Virus record (IMG/VR): IMGVR_UViG_3300048893_000029
Coordinates: 1 to 34,639 of that record
Length of the DNA stretch: 34,639 bases
Direction: 5' to 3' (one strand)
DNA from: a virus
Lineage: Duplodnaviria > Caudoviricetes
Position numbers and translations under genes: made by a program. Under the pieces are notes generated by a model. That model saw only the letters and a list, made by a program, of their open reading frames with translations. It was not told where the DNA came from and made no database searches. Positions 18,585 through 27,616 of this stretch are shown in pieces; the first letter of the stretch is position 1, and each line of letters opens with the position of its first letter.

Positions 18585-18788
18585 TTATTTCAAAGGAAAT
18601 GCATCGTCTAAACCTTTACATAGTTTACGGCCGAATTCTTGCGCATTTTCGCCATCATTGCTCATATATGCGTTAAATTCTTCCATTTCCTTTTTCATTC
18701 TAGGACGGTCGCCCATCTTAGCCTTCATCTTGGATTGTTCTGCTCTAACAAACGCGTTGTTAGATTGAACCATTTTGTTGTCTTTCAT
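18585..18788 (-). CDS. Hypothetical protein
   Basis: AAGGAG SD, 67 aa. Confidence 0.65.
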   Translation of the reverse strand: MKDNKMVQSNNAFVRAEQSKMKAKMGDRPRMKKEMEEFNAYMSNDGENAQEFGRKLCKGLDDAFPLK

Positions 18789-18991
18789 GGCTTATCTCCT
18801 TTAATTTGTCCTTTAGCCTTAGGCTTTGCAGCCTCTAGCTTTTCGTTTTTTACATCCGCCTCAACTTTTTCTCGATAAGCTTTCGCTTTTCTTGGGCAAT
18901 CAAACCAAACACCTGATTCTTTTAGGCGATCTGCTTCGTCATGCTCAACCACTCGATAGTGGTCAAGCGGATGATAAATACAAGTGAGCAT
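18785..18991 (-). CDS. Hypothetical protein after coat (P22 orf186-like position; MLTCIYHP...)
   Basis: AAGGAG SD before ATG at 18991; W.D.P motif. Confidence 0.65.
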   Translation of the reverse strand: MLTCIYHPLDHYRVVEHDEADRLKESGVWFDCPRKAKAYREKVEADVKNEKLEAAKPKAKGQIKGDKP

Positions 18992-19002
18992 ATGCTTACT
19001 CC

Positions 19003-20214
19003 TTAAGACAACACACGCACGGCGTACTGTGCATGCCACTTAAATCCGCAAAGTAAGTCAATACGCATATAGTTTTGGTAGCCTAAGATGTCACCAGTTT
19101 GAGTAACTGCTAGTGATAAACCAGTCTCAGGATCAACCGCTACAGAAGCATAAGGAACTTGCAGTTTGTAAAGTGGAGGACAAACAATATCCAGACCCCG
19201 GCTTGGGTAAGCCACGTTCACGTTATGTGAACCAACCAAGGTGACAGCAGCATCATCAGGGATTGGATTACTTACGTTACGGTTAGGGTTCTGAGTATCA
19301 GAGATAATGATTGGAGCTACTTGTACAGTTAAGTTACCAGAGCCATCAGAACTTGCATTTGCAGTAACTACAAATTGCATGTCTTGACCAGTAGAAGCAC
19401 GACCTACAGGGTTAACTGATTGCACGCCAGCGATTGAGAACACATCACCAACCACAAAGTAGTTAGTTACGCTGATGGTTGCGCCATCCATAACGATTGT
19501 GTTACCAGAAGTAACTTGACCGTTAACCAATAGAGCATCAGAAGAATGCAAAGTTGGGCCTGCACCAGCTTGGTGACGTTTGATATTCTGAGATTGGAAA
19601 ATGTCAAAGTAGGACAAGTGACCAATTGCAGAAGAACGCACGATGTCTTCGTTAAATACAGGAGTGAAGTTGTTTAACAAAGCACCCTTGAGGCTTGAAC
19701 CATCACGAACTGTCATTGCCATGTAAGCATCAGATGCGATATTCACACCTTGCTCAAGCAATTTAGCTCCGGCCATATCTACAGTGGTAAATGAGTTAAT
19801 CGCTACACCCGCGGTTCCGGTGAAGAAGTTAAGCTCTTGTTCAGCACTTGCAGCTATATCTTTTTCCATTTGAGTAATTACTTCCTGAATAGCAGGAGCA
19901 ATAAACAAACGAGAGAAGTCTTCAATTCTTAAAGACAAATCTTGGATAGTATAAGCAATCAGAGCATGATATTGATGCTGAATGACTATTGTTTCTACAG
20001 TCTCAATGATTGATTGAGGGGTAGCTACTGAGCCATCACCAACAATAAAGTGGTTCTGTCTACGTACTTGTAACGTATCGCCAATTTTATATCCAGAAGA
20101 CACAAAGTCATCTTGATAAATACGTGATGCAGTCATCACGAAAGGCGCGTTGTTCGCGAACATTGCCAACGCAGTGTTTGACACTAGGTCGGTTGTAATA
20201 AATTGGTTAGCCAT
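19003..20214 (-). CDS. Major capsid protein (P22 coat-protein family)
   Basis: MAN.F.T...V, KIGDTL.VR, GDVF.IAGV.SVNP, RID.L.G; follows scaffold. Confidence 0.9.
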   Translation of the reverse strand: MANQFITTDLVSNTALAMFANNAPFVMTASRIYQDDFVSSGYKIGDTLQVRRQNHFIVGDGSVATPQSIIETVETIVIQHQYHALIAYTIQDLSLRIEDFSRLFIAPAIQEVITQMEKDIAASAEQELNFFTGTAGVAINSFTTVDMAGAKLLEQGVNIASDAYMAMTVRDGSSLKGALLNNFTPVFNEDIVRSSAIGHLSYFDIFQSQNIKRHQAGAGPTLHSSDALLVNGQVTSGNTIVMDGATISVTNYFVVGDVFSIAGVQSVNPVGRASTGQDMQFVVTANASSDGSGNLTVQVAPIIISDTQNPNRNVSNPIPDDAAVTLVGSHNVNVAYPSRGLDIVCPPLYKLQVPYASVAVDPETGLSLAVTQTGDILGYQNYMRIDLLCGFKWHAQYAVRVLS

Positions 20215-20298
20215 TTGCTAGTCTCCATTTAATCCGTTAAATGGGTACATAGCGGTGTACCAAGGGTTCCAGTGGGTTTCGTCCTTGAAACCCTTAGA

Positions 20299-21120
20299 TC
20301 ACTTCCATGTACCAGCCTTCATACGCCTTCGGATTTCACCCGGAGGCGTTTTGCCTGTAACAGCCGTGGATGAAGAAGCTGGATTTTGTCTAATGCTACC
20401 CATAGGGGTAGTTTTCTGGTTAGCAGTCGGCTTATTGCCGTGGTTCCCCATTAAACTAAATGACAGCTTATTAACTTCACGAGCTTGATCTAAGGGATGG
20501 AGTTTTGAAATACGTTCAAGTTCGCCACGATTTTTGCCTAACCTGTAAGCTACTTCAGCAGGGTTTTCAACGAGTAACAGTGCATCCCGCACATGTGGGG
20601 TAAAGGGAACATCGTTACCTCTAACCACATCGTCAAAATCATCGTACTTTTCTGATGCATTATCAAACTCATCGTTCAAACGTTGATACTGTTTGTGTAC
20701 ATGAGTTTGCATTTCTGCATTTTTGGCCTGTTTCTCTTCATGTTCCTTCATTCCAAGAGCCAAGCGTACTGCATGCTGTATACGTTCCTCTTCATTCATT
20801 CCGGGCGGTGCTGGTTGTCCGGGTGAATCATAAGGATTGTTATGTGTAACCATTCCGGGGTTCGCGCTATCACTGCCTCTCATTGATTCCATGTGCGATA
20901 TACGCTCATGAAGTTCTCTGATTTCCTTGCGGTGGTTGCGTTTAAGTGCATGTACTCTTTTTTGCACAGAAGACAGTTGTCCTTCACCGTCTTCGTGGTT
21001 TTCCTCGCCTACTTCCTGAGCTTCATGCTCTGATTCGTAGCCGGGATCGACCGCACCCGTTTGCCCATCTTGATCATCACCACTTACTTGTTCTGCTAAT
21101 GCGTTTTCGTCCTCGTGCAT
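20299..21120 (-). CDS. Capsid scaffolding protein
   Basis: Acidic N-terminus, coiled coil, Y.DFD.VV, AEVAY.LGKN motif, basic C-terminus. Confidence 0.8.
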   Translation of the reverse strand: MHEDENALAEQVSGDDQDGQTGAVDPGYESEHEAQEVGEENHEDGEGQLSSVQKRVHALKRNHRKEIRELHERISHMESMRGSDSANPGMVTHNNPYDSPGQPAPPGMNEEERIQHAVRLALGMKEHEEKQAKNAEMQTHVHKQYQRLNDEFDNASEKYDDFDDVVRGNDVPFTPHVRDALLLVENPAEVAYRLGKNRGELERISKLHPLDQAREVNKLSFSLMGNHGNKPTANQKTTPMGSIRQNPASSSTAVTGKTPPGEIRRRMKAGTWK

Positions 21121-21285
21121 CTCAACTACTCCATGTTGACATCTCCAAGATGTCAGTCGTCAATACGGTAGACAACTAACCCTAGACCTTCCGGCGGCCT
21201 GAGACCCTAGGCAAATCCTTTGCCCGATAGTTAAATATTAGACCTAACAAAACCCTTTTTCGACCCCACATATGGGGGTACGCAA

Positions 21286-23493
21286 TTATTTCATGTGTTT
21301 TTCTTGTGGATTATGATGTTTATGGATATCTGCAAGAACTGATGCAATGGTTCGTGAGAAGTCTTTCTCGGCCTTATCAGCGTCAAGAAGTAATTTCCCA
21401 TGATCAATCTTGATTTTCTGCTCTTCCATGCCCATCTTAGATTCCATCTGCTTGGCTTTTAGAATCATTTCAGCCTGATCGAGCATATGTTTCTCTTTGC
21501 GTATTTGAAGTTCTTCGGCTCGTTCCATTAAGGCCTGTTCTTCAAGCTGCATTTTTTGCTCGTTCATCTTCATTTCTTGCTGTTTCTGCATCATTTCTTG
21601 TTGCATCATCATTTCTTGTGGATTAGGTTGCTTAGGAGGAGGCGGCTTGCCTTCTTCTTTAGCAATAATTTCAGGTGGTACAAGCGTCTTAAAGCGTTCA
21701 GCAATTTGAGGCATGTATTGGACATCAAGGTTTTTAGCCCAAAGGTCAGCAACCAATGGGAAAGTTTGAGGTGCAGCGGCAAGTGTTTGCTGGAAGAACT
21801 CAAGCGCAATATCTTTTTGAACTGCGAAACTTGGGCCTGTGTCAATTTCGATGTCGTAATCACCGGAGTCGAGTACATTTTCTCTAATGGGATTTCCGTC
21901 TTCATCATCACCTACTACCTTGTTTAATACGATGGAATCAGTACGTCCATCCGCTTTTGATATAATCATGGGGCGTTCAAATTCACCTGCAATGACTGGC
22001 AATAGGTCAAGTACCACTCTTCCGCCCTGCTCAACGGCTTGATTCAGGTTATCGAACCATACATAAGCAGACATTGAGCCTTCCATTTTGCGCTCACGTC
22101 TTGCTTTTCCTGATATGTCCTTCCCTTGAAGTGCTTCGTTCTCAGAGAAACCTAAAATCTCGCGTATGTCTTGAGAAGCACGTTGATATTGAGCCAATAA
22201 GGAAGGGGAAATTTCCCAAGGTTGCATTTTAGAAGGCATTGCACCTGTTTTTGGATCGGGTTTTGCAATCAAAATACCATTTTGTAATTCTGGATTACGC
22301 CACATTTGCTCATTACCAAGAATGTTATCAGGGGTTCCAATCCATTGTTCACGTCTACGGTTCTTCACTTCGGCTGCAATTTCTGAACCCACATAGTTCA
22401 CGAACTTTTGCGCATCTTTAGCTTCATGAATGAACGAACGAGTATATTGTTGACCGTTAATGAAGTTAGAGTCTCCATCAACGAATATTTGTGGAAGATA
22501 CTTAGAAGGCCAATCGTTAAATTTAATGATTTGATTCTGAGTAAGCATGTATTGGCGAATCTTGTAGTCTTTGCTCATCCGTTCTGCGTGAACTTCTGGA
22601 ATACTTTTGCGAATCATATCCCCTACTACTTGGGAACTATCAGCCAGAGCACGTTTAAACTCTAACTCTTTCTTCATGTCTTCCCATTCTTCCTCTGTGA
22701 CGGTTGATCCATCAGTAAGAAGAAGTACTTTTATAGAGAACCATTCCTTGCGGGTGTACTTACATACCACGATGGAGTCGCGCGTTTCCCACTGAAAGTC
22801 CAATAGGGAACGCGGATCAGCGTAGCTAATAGGGTTAAGCACATGAGGATATGTCGCATAGAATTCTTCCTTCTTGTATACAAATTGCCTTGAACAAAAG
22901 TTTCCATCTCCTTTGTGTGGCTTTAATGCGGTTGGATCAAATGAAGTTCTAGTCACATCAGGGATAATGTCATAGCGGATTATTTGATTGAATGAGCGTG
23001 GGCTTTCGTACTCTAAAAGTATTTCAAATGCGCCATGACCCATCATTAACGCTTGCTTAAATGCGGTTTGATACACTAAATCATTTTGAGATTGATAAGA
23101 AATCGTGCGCACTAAATCTGCGCGTAAGTTGATTTGGTCTTGTGATGCATTGCCCGTTAGTGAGCGAACCATCAAATCAGGTTTGTTCTTGCGTTGCTCG
23201 CCAACAATCTTTTTAATTGGATCATAGAGTTTGTTAAAAACCATAGGAGGTTTAAACAATCTGCTAAATTCAGAACGCTCGACTGCCGACCATTGGTCAC
23301 GCAATACGAAGTTCATGTCATCTTTACCACGTACTTGGTTTTCACCAAAGTAGCCATCCCATTGCACCATGTCTTCACGGGCTTTGGTTATCACTTCTGC
23401 TTCATCTATCCCAGCATCATAGAGAGAAGCTTGCAACTCTTCGTTAATGCTATCAATATCTTCGATAGCCATTTGTTCAGCAATGATTTCCAT
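21286..23493 (-). CDS. Portal protein (P22-like, with C-terminal barrel)
   Basis: D..FV...QW, P...FN.L......IVGEQR.N.P, SGKA...R, YD..ID.GPSF...K; Q/M-rich coiled tail. Confidence 0.92.
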   Translation of the reverse strand: MEIIAEQMAIEDIDSINEELQASLYDAGIDEAEVITKAREDMVQWDGYFGENQVRGKDDMNFVLRDQWSAVERSEFSRLFKPPMVFNKLYDPIKKIVGEQRKNKPDLMVRSLTGNASQDQINLRADLVRTISYQSQNDLVYQTAFKQALMMGHGAFEILLEYESPRSFNQIIRYDIIPDVTRTSFDPTALKPHKGDGNFCSRQFVYKKEEFYATYPHVLNPISYADPRSLLDFQWETRDSIVVCKYTRKEWFSIKVLLLTDGSTVTEEEWEDMKKELEFKRALADSSQVVGDMIRKSIPEVHAERMSKDYKIRQYMLTQNQIIKFNDWPSKYLPQIFVDGDSNFINGQQYTRSFIHEAKDAQKFVNYVGSEIAAEVKNRRREQWIGTPDNILGNEQMWRNPELQNGILIAKPDPKTGAMPSKMQPWEISPSLLAQYQRASQDIREILGFSENEALQGKDISGKARRERKMEGSMSAYVWFDNLNQAVEQGGRVVLDLLPVIAGEFERPMIISKADGRTDSIVLNKVVGDDEDGNPIRENVLDSGDYDIEIDTGPSFAVQKDIALEFFQQTLAAAPQTFPLVADLWAKNLDVQYMPQIAERFKTLVPPEIIAKEEGKPPPPKQPNPQEMMMQQEMMQKQQEMKMNEQKMQLEEQALMERAEELQIRKEKHMLDQAEMILKAKQMESKMGMEEQKIKIDHGKLLLDADKAEKDFSRTIASVLADIHKHHNPQEKHMK

Positions 23494-23604
23494 GCTTTTC
23501 CCCGTCCGTTGGGTTAAACACATTAAATCGTGACTTCAACAAATCTATGTCAAAGTCACGTTTAAACGCTTTTAAATCGGCTCATCCTGAACCGACTTTG
23601 TTAC

Positions 23605-23856
23605 TTAAGCTGCTTCTTGGCTTTCTTGTTCTGCTTCGATAACAGGTTTTGGAGCTTCCCATTTAACCCAATCGTCACCTTCGAAGTCTGCAATGGAGAA
23701 AATGAAGTTACCAGCGTTTGCAGTAGGTTGAGTAACGATTTTCCATACGTAACTCATGTCTGGAAGAATCTTTAAATAACCTTCTTTTTCTTCCCATGCG
23801 CTTCTACGCATTGCATCGCCCGCTTTCATTTGTGCTAAAGCTTCTAAAAATAACAT
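23605..23856 (-). CDS. Second DUF2829/Tad2-like protein
   Basis: M.F.EAL..MKAG..MRR.AW ... S.AD....DW signature. Confidence 0.65.
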   Translation of the reverse strand: MLFLEALAQMKAGDAMRRSAWEEKEGYLKILPDMSYVWKIVTQPTANAGNFIFSIADFEGDDWVKWEAPKPVIEAEQESQEAA

Positions 23857-23876
23857 CCTTATTTCTCCTTTTTGGT

Positions 23877-24137
23877 TTATGGTAAAACTGTTAATTGGCA
23901 TGAGCCGTTAGTGAATACTGGCTTGTACCATTGGTGGCCATCAGAACCAACGGCTGCAATAAAGTCACTAGCGAGCAATTCATTGCCGTTTGCTTTTAGA
24001 TAACCATCTAAAAATCCAGCAGCGGCTATTTGAGCTAAAGTATTGTTAGGTGCATTTAATCGCCCCATACGTGGAGTTAATCCATTTTCTTGTCCGGGGA
24101 AATGTAGCTTTAAAGTTACTTGTGCTTGTGCTGTCAT
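23877..24137 (-). CDS. Putative capsid decoration/small structural protein
   Basis: TLA.I.AAGFL.......L..SD.I.....DG pattern seen in small phage structural proteins. Confidence 0.45.
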   Translation of the reverse strand: MTAQAQVTLKLHFPGQENGLTPRMGRLNAPNNTLAQIAAAGFLDGYLKANGNELLASDFIAAVGSDGHQWYKPVFTNGSCQLTVLP

Positions 24138-24148
24138 TTTAGATCTCC

Positions 24149-24301
24149 TTATCGATTAGCTAGTCGTTTACATACATCTTGTATGCTCTGGTTGTTTTTT
24201 ATCTTATCGAATGCCATCTCGTAAAGGCTTCTGCATTCCCTACACATTTTCTCATCTTTCTGTCGGTTATAGAACCTACCACATCCTGTACATTTAATCA
24301 T
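24149..24301 (-). CDS. Zn-ribbon protein (50 aa, MIKCTGCGRFY...CREC)
   Basis: Translated by hand; ATGA coupling; two CxxC pairs. Confidence 0.6.
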   Translation of the reverse strand: MIKCTGCGRFYNRQKDEKMCRECRSLYEMAFDKIKNNQSIQDVCKRLANR

Positions 24302-24471
24302 TTACCTACAGTCCTTAATAGTACAACATTATTCTCATATTTAGCTTCTTTCTTTGGCTTATTGTTGAGCATGTCTGTAATGTCACGTAATTCCTTCAAA
24401 CACTCAAGGCACTTTGTTGCCAACATTTTTCGCCCGTATCGTCCACAATAAACGCAGCGGGTTGCATTCAT
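24298..24471 (-). CDS. Zn-ribbon protein (57 aa, MNATRCVYCGR...CLEC)
   Basis: Translated by hand; two CxxC pairs. Confidence 0.55.
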   Translation of the reverse strand: MNATRCVYCGRYGRKMLATKCLECLKELRDITDMLNNKPKKEAKYENNVVLLRTVGK

Positions 24472-24474
24472 ATA

Positions 24475-24807
24475 TTAACCTTGCCTTACTTTACCTTTGC
24501 TTGTAATTATATATCGGCCATGATCAGCACCGCCTAAATAAATCTGCCGTGATTCCAATTCTTTCTGTCGCCTATTTCGTGCCAATTCTTCTTCACGTGC
24601 GTTCAATCGTTCCCTATATTCCCTTAGTTCCCTGAGTTTTATTTCAGTTTCTTCTAATTCTTGTTGACGCTTAATTTCATACTCTTTTCGCCTTAATTCT
24701 TGCTCAAGAGCATATTTTTCTCGTTCTTGTTCGTAAATAATGCGCTGTTCGTATGCGTTACGTCTATGTTCATAGTATTCATAAGAACATTCAGTGCCAC
24801 TTGTCAC
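24475..24807 (-). CDS. E/R-rich coiled-coil protein; start uncertain
   Basis: ORF track; frame stays open about 47 codons upstream with no ATG. Confidence 0.5.
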   Translation of the reverse strand: MTSGTECSYEYYEHRRNAYEQRIIYEQEREKYALEQELRRKEYEIKRQQELEETEIKLRELREYRERLNAREEELARNRRQKELESRQIYLGGADHGRYIITSKGKVRQG

Positions 24808-24932
24808 TAAATCCGCATAAGATTGACAGCTATTGATAGTCGTAAGCTTATCAATATTAAGCTTTCCGGTTTCTAAATCTTTGTACCTATAGTCAAATAA
24901 GTACTCGTGATGAGCGCTAATTTCATCATTCC

Positions 24933-25100
24933 TTATTTGGCTGAGAGCTTACGCAATGCCGCTTTTAATTCGTCAATATCAATATCAACCCCATTGACTT
25001 CATCACATACATGAACACGAATCTTGCTTTGGTCATCGGTACTATTAATAATCAAAGCAGGATTATCTTTTTCATCATAAATCGTAATAGAAACCATCAT
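24933..25100 (-). CDS. Small acidic protein (55 aa, MMVSITIYDEKDNPALII...)
   Basis: Translated by hand; starts directly after the terL stop. Confidence 0.55.
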   Translation of the reverse strand: MMVSITIYDEKDNPALIINSTDDQSKIRVHVCDEVNGVDIDIDELKAALRKLSAK

Positions 25101-26660
25101 TCAAAATATCCTCATCACTGGATTAAACATATTCTCATGCTTATTGTTGCCAACCTTGTCTTGTACAACTTGGTCACTAGCAATTTCTAAACACCCATAA
25201 CCCAAAGCATCCATAGGATGAGATGACATATTCTTGGTTGGCTTATCCTTGAATCGTTCCTCACCAGCAACGGCAATCCGGGCATAAACGTACTTCTTCA
25301 CAAAGCCCTTGAACAATGTAGGGCAATTCTTTTTGTCTAATAACAATGCAGGTTTACCATCAACCATACGATTTAGAAAATATCTAACCGCTCCTAGTCG
25401 TGGCTCAAGGTCATTAGTTCGTGCTGCAATTGTTGGAATCTCAAGTGAATTAAGCTCACCAATACAAGACATTTCCTCATGAATCTGATCGCGAGCATTT
25501 CCGGCTGGATCAGCTACAGACAAACCCACTTGGCAATAGGGAAAATCCTTGCGCAAACTAGGTATCACAATCATTTCTGCAAAGGTTCTTATGCCTAAGC
25601 CATCGCTCACATATTCTTTTAAAAGTAATATTTGACCACGAGCAGACAATTGAAGCACCACACAGGCCGGAGTTAAACCAAAATCCCAACCCAATATGAG
25701 CTTTTCACCTTGTATTGCTTCTAGTTTATCAACTGCATGTAAATCAGGGTTAAACTCAGGGAATACACGCTTGTCAAAGCCAACTGCACCATATTCACCT
25801 AAGCAAAACACTTTGATGAATTCCTCTGATTGCCCACTGGCTAGATTCTCATAGTAGCTATGGGGCAAATGCCCTGCATTATCAGCATTAGGGTTTCTAC
25901 GCCATTGATTCTCAGCGTTCTTAATTAATCCCGGTGGCTGCTTAAAAAGTATGTGATTCTCAGCGCAGTTCTCTTCAAAGTCTTTGAATATCCAATGGTC
26001 ATCTTCTGGCGGGTTAGTATCGGCTATGATTCCAGACCAGTAATGTTCTTTACAGAATGCCTTGGAAGGATAGCGATTCACACGGCCTTTCATATGTGCC
26101 AATGCTGCTTTTGGAACTTCGGATAATTCGTTAATGTAGCAACCTGTTAGCTCTAATGATTTAATCTTTCGAACGTCTTCTGGTCTATCTAATGCAATGA
26201 ATAGTAACTCAAGCTCTACAATTCCATTGCCATCATTGAAGCTATGCTCATAAGTAAGCATAGGCTTTTGACGCTTTCGAATATCTCCGAGTTCATCAAA
26301 CCATGCAAGCCATGTTGCTAGGGTAGTTGTTGAAAGTTCACCAGAAGTATTCCGCACGATTCCCCATCGGCTTCTTCGTCTACCGTTATTCCAAGCTGGA
26401 ACTTCACAGGCTCGTTTAACAATTTCAGCAATTGAGAGTGTTGACTTCCCACTTCCATAAGGCCCCATAATGACACGCACAAATTTATCGCAGTCATGAA
26501 AAAGAGCACCCGTGGGAGTCGGAACATAAATTTTATCCTGCTCATGCGCATGTATAATCATCCTATCAGGTTGAATGGTTAATTGTCTTTGAGTGCCTTT
26601 GTTAATCCCGGCCTCATATTCATTAAAGGTTTTCAAGAGTTCCGCAGCCGATCGAATCAT
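25101..26660 (-). CDS. terL: Terminase large subunit
   Basis: Walker A GPYGSGKS, Walker B YINE, DTNPP coupling motif, nuclease GWDFG, SH..DA..Y. Confidence 0.95.
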   Translation of the reverse strand: MIRSAAELLKTFNEYEAGINKGTQRQLTIQPDRMIIHAHEQDKIYVPTPTGALFHDCDKFVRVIMGPYGSGKSTLSIAEIVKRACEVPAWNNGRRRSRWGIVRNTSGELSTTTLATWLAWFDELGDIRKRQKPMLTYEHSFNDGNGIVELELLFIALDRPEDVRKIKSLELTGCYINELSEVPKAALAHMKGRVNRYPSKAFCKEHYWSGIIADTNPPEDDHWIFKDFEENCAENHILFKQPPGLIKNAENQWRRNPNADNAGHLPHSYYENLASGQSEEFIKVFCLGEYGAVGFDKRVFPEFNPDLHAVDKLEAIQGEKLILGWDFGLTPACVVLQLSARGQILLLKEYVSDGLGIRTFAEMIVIPSLRKDFPYCQVGLSVADPAGNARDQIHEEMSCIGELNSLEIPTIAARTNDLEPRLGAVRYFLNRMVDGKPALLLDKKNCPTLFKGFVKKYVYARIAVAGEERFKDKPTKNMSSHPMDALGYGCLEIASDQVVQDKVGNNKHENMFNPVMRIF

Positions 26661-26842
26661 TTCTCTAATATCCTCCGTGGCGGAGGCGTTTGATAGTTGG
26701 GATTTTCTCTAATGTTTTCTTGCGTTGAAAAGCGAACGCCGCATTTGATGCATTCGCGTCTTCTGATTATTTTATTTAGCCTATCATCCCGAGTTGTATC
26801 TATTACTCGTGACTCGGGATAGTTGCACTTATTGCATTGCAT
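26657..26842 (-). CDS. NrdR-like N-terminal Zn-ribbon protein (no ATP cone)
   Basis: M.C..C....SRVIDT......IRRRECI.CG.RFST.E. Confidence 0.8.
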   Translation of the reverse strand: MQCNKCNYPESRVIDTTRDDRLNKIIRRRECIKCGVRFSTQENIRENPNYQTPPPRRILEK

Positions 26843-27028
26843 CTATTTTCGAACCCCACGTAATGTTTTTACTAGGATGGCTGTCGAAGGAACAGAGAAC
26901 CTTTTTTTAGGCTTTTTGGCATCATGAGCGTATGTATCAGCTAATGGGTCTCGGTCATAAGAAGGTGCGGTCTCATGTTCTTTTTTCTTCTTAATCTTCT
27001 CAATCCAACTGTTTCTAATGGTAGCCAT
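26843..27028 (-). CDS. Small basic protein
   Basis: ORF with SD, Lys-rich. Confidence 0.6.
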   Translation of the reverse strand: MATIRNSWIEKIKKKKEHETAPSYDRDPLADTYAHDAKKPKKRFSVPSTAILVKTLRGVRK

Positions 27029-27059
27029 GTATTCACATCCCTATGTGTTATGTACCGCA

Positions 27060-27272
27060 TTACTTCTTCTTTTTTCCTAGAACTTTATCGGCTTTAGCAT
27101 CTATCTTCATTTTTGAATCCATTGATAGTTTGCCTTTTTTCTCCATTTCAGAAGCTCTTGCCTTTGCATTCTTTGCGTGGCTCTTATCTTCCATCGGATA
27201 GGCACGTTTTCCGGGCAACCCAAATTCGCCCTTTGGAATCTTATTGCGTTCTTTAGTGTCTAATTTAGCCAT
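27060..27272 (-). CDS. Small basic protein (DUF6582-like)
   Basis: L.TKERN.IP...FGLP..R.YP..D..HA.NA.AR motif. Confidence 0.7.
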   Translation of the reverse strand: MAKLDTKERNKIPKGEFGLPGKRAYPMEDKSHAKNAKARASEMEKKGKLSMDSKMKIDAKADKVLGKKKK

Positions 27273-27281
27273 GATATATCC

Positions 27282-27464
27282 TTATATTTTAATTGATATG
27301 TCTTCTATTAGTTCAGCGACTAGATGTATTTCCTTTTCTAGCTGTCTAGTAGAAGTTGTATAAATATTATCAATTGCGCCTTCAATCCTTGATGTATTGT
27401 CATAGACAGCTTGTGTAAGTCTGTCTAGAGAATCAATCAATGCTTGGCATTGTTCATCAGTCAT
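27282..27464 (-). CDS. Small acidic helical protein
   Basis: ORF coupled to the upstream gene. Confidence 0.55.
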   Translation of the reverse strand: MTDEQCQALIDSLDRLTQAVYDNTSRIEGAIDNIYTTSTRQLEKEIHLVAELIEDISIKI

Positions 27465-27616
27465 TTTCTAGCCTTTTTCTTCTTCTTACTTTCATCAGCT
27501 TCACTGTAAGCAATAGCTACTGCTTGCTTTTGTGGCTTGCCCGCTTCCATTTCTCGCTTGACGTTAGTGCCAAATCCTTTGCGAGTCTTGGCCTTAGCTC
27601 CTTTAATTAGCGGCAT
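27461..27616 (-). CDS. Small basic protein (51 aa, MPLIKG...EM.AGKPQKQAVAIAYS; DUF6496-like)
   Basis: Translated by hand; KQAVAIA motif; AAGGAG SD. Confidence 0.7.
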   Translation of the reverse strand: MPLIKGAKAKTRKGFGTNVKREMEAGKPQKQAVAIAYSEADESKKKKKARK

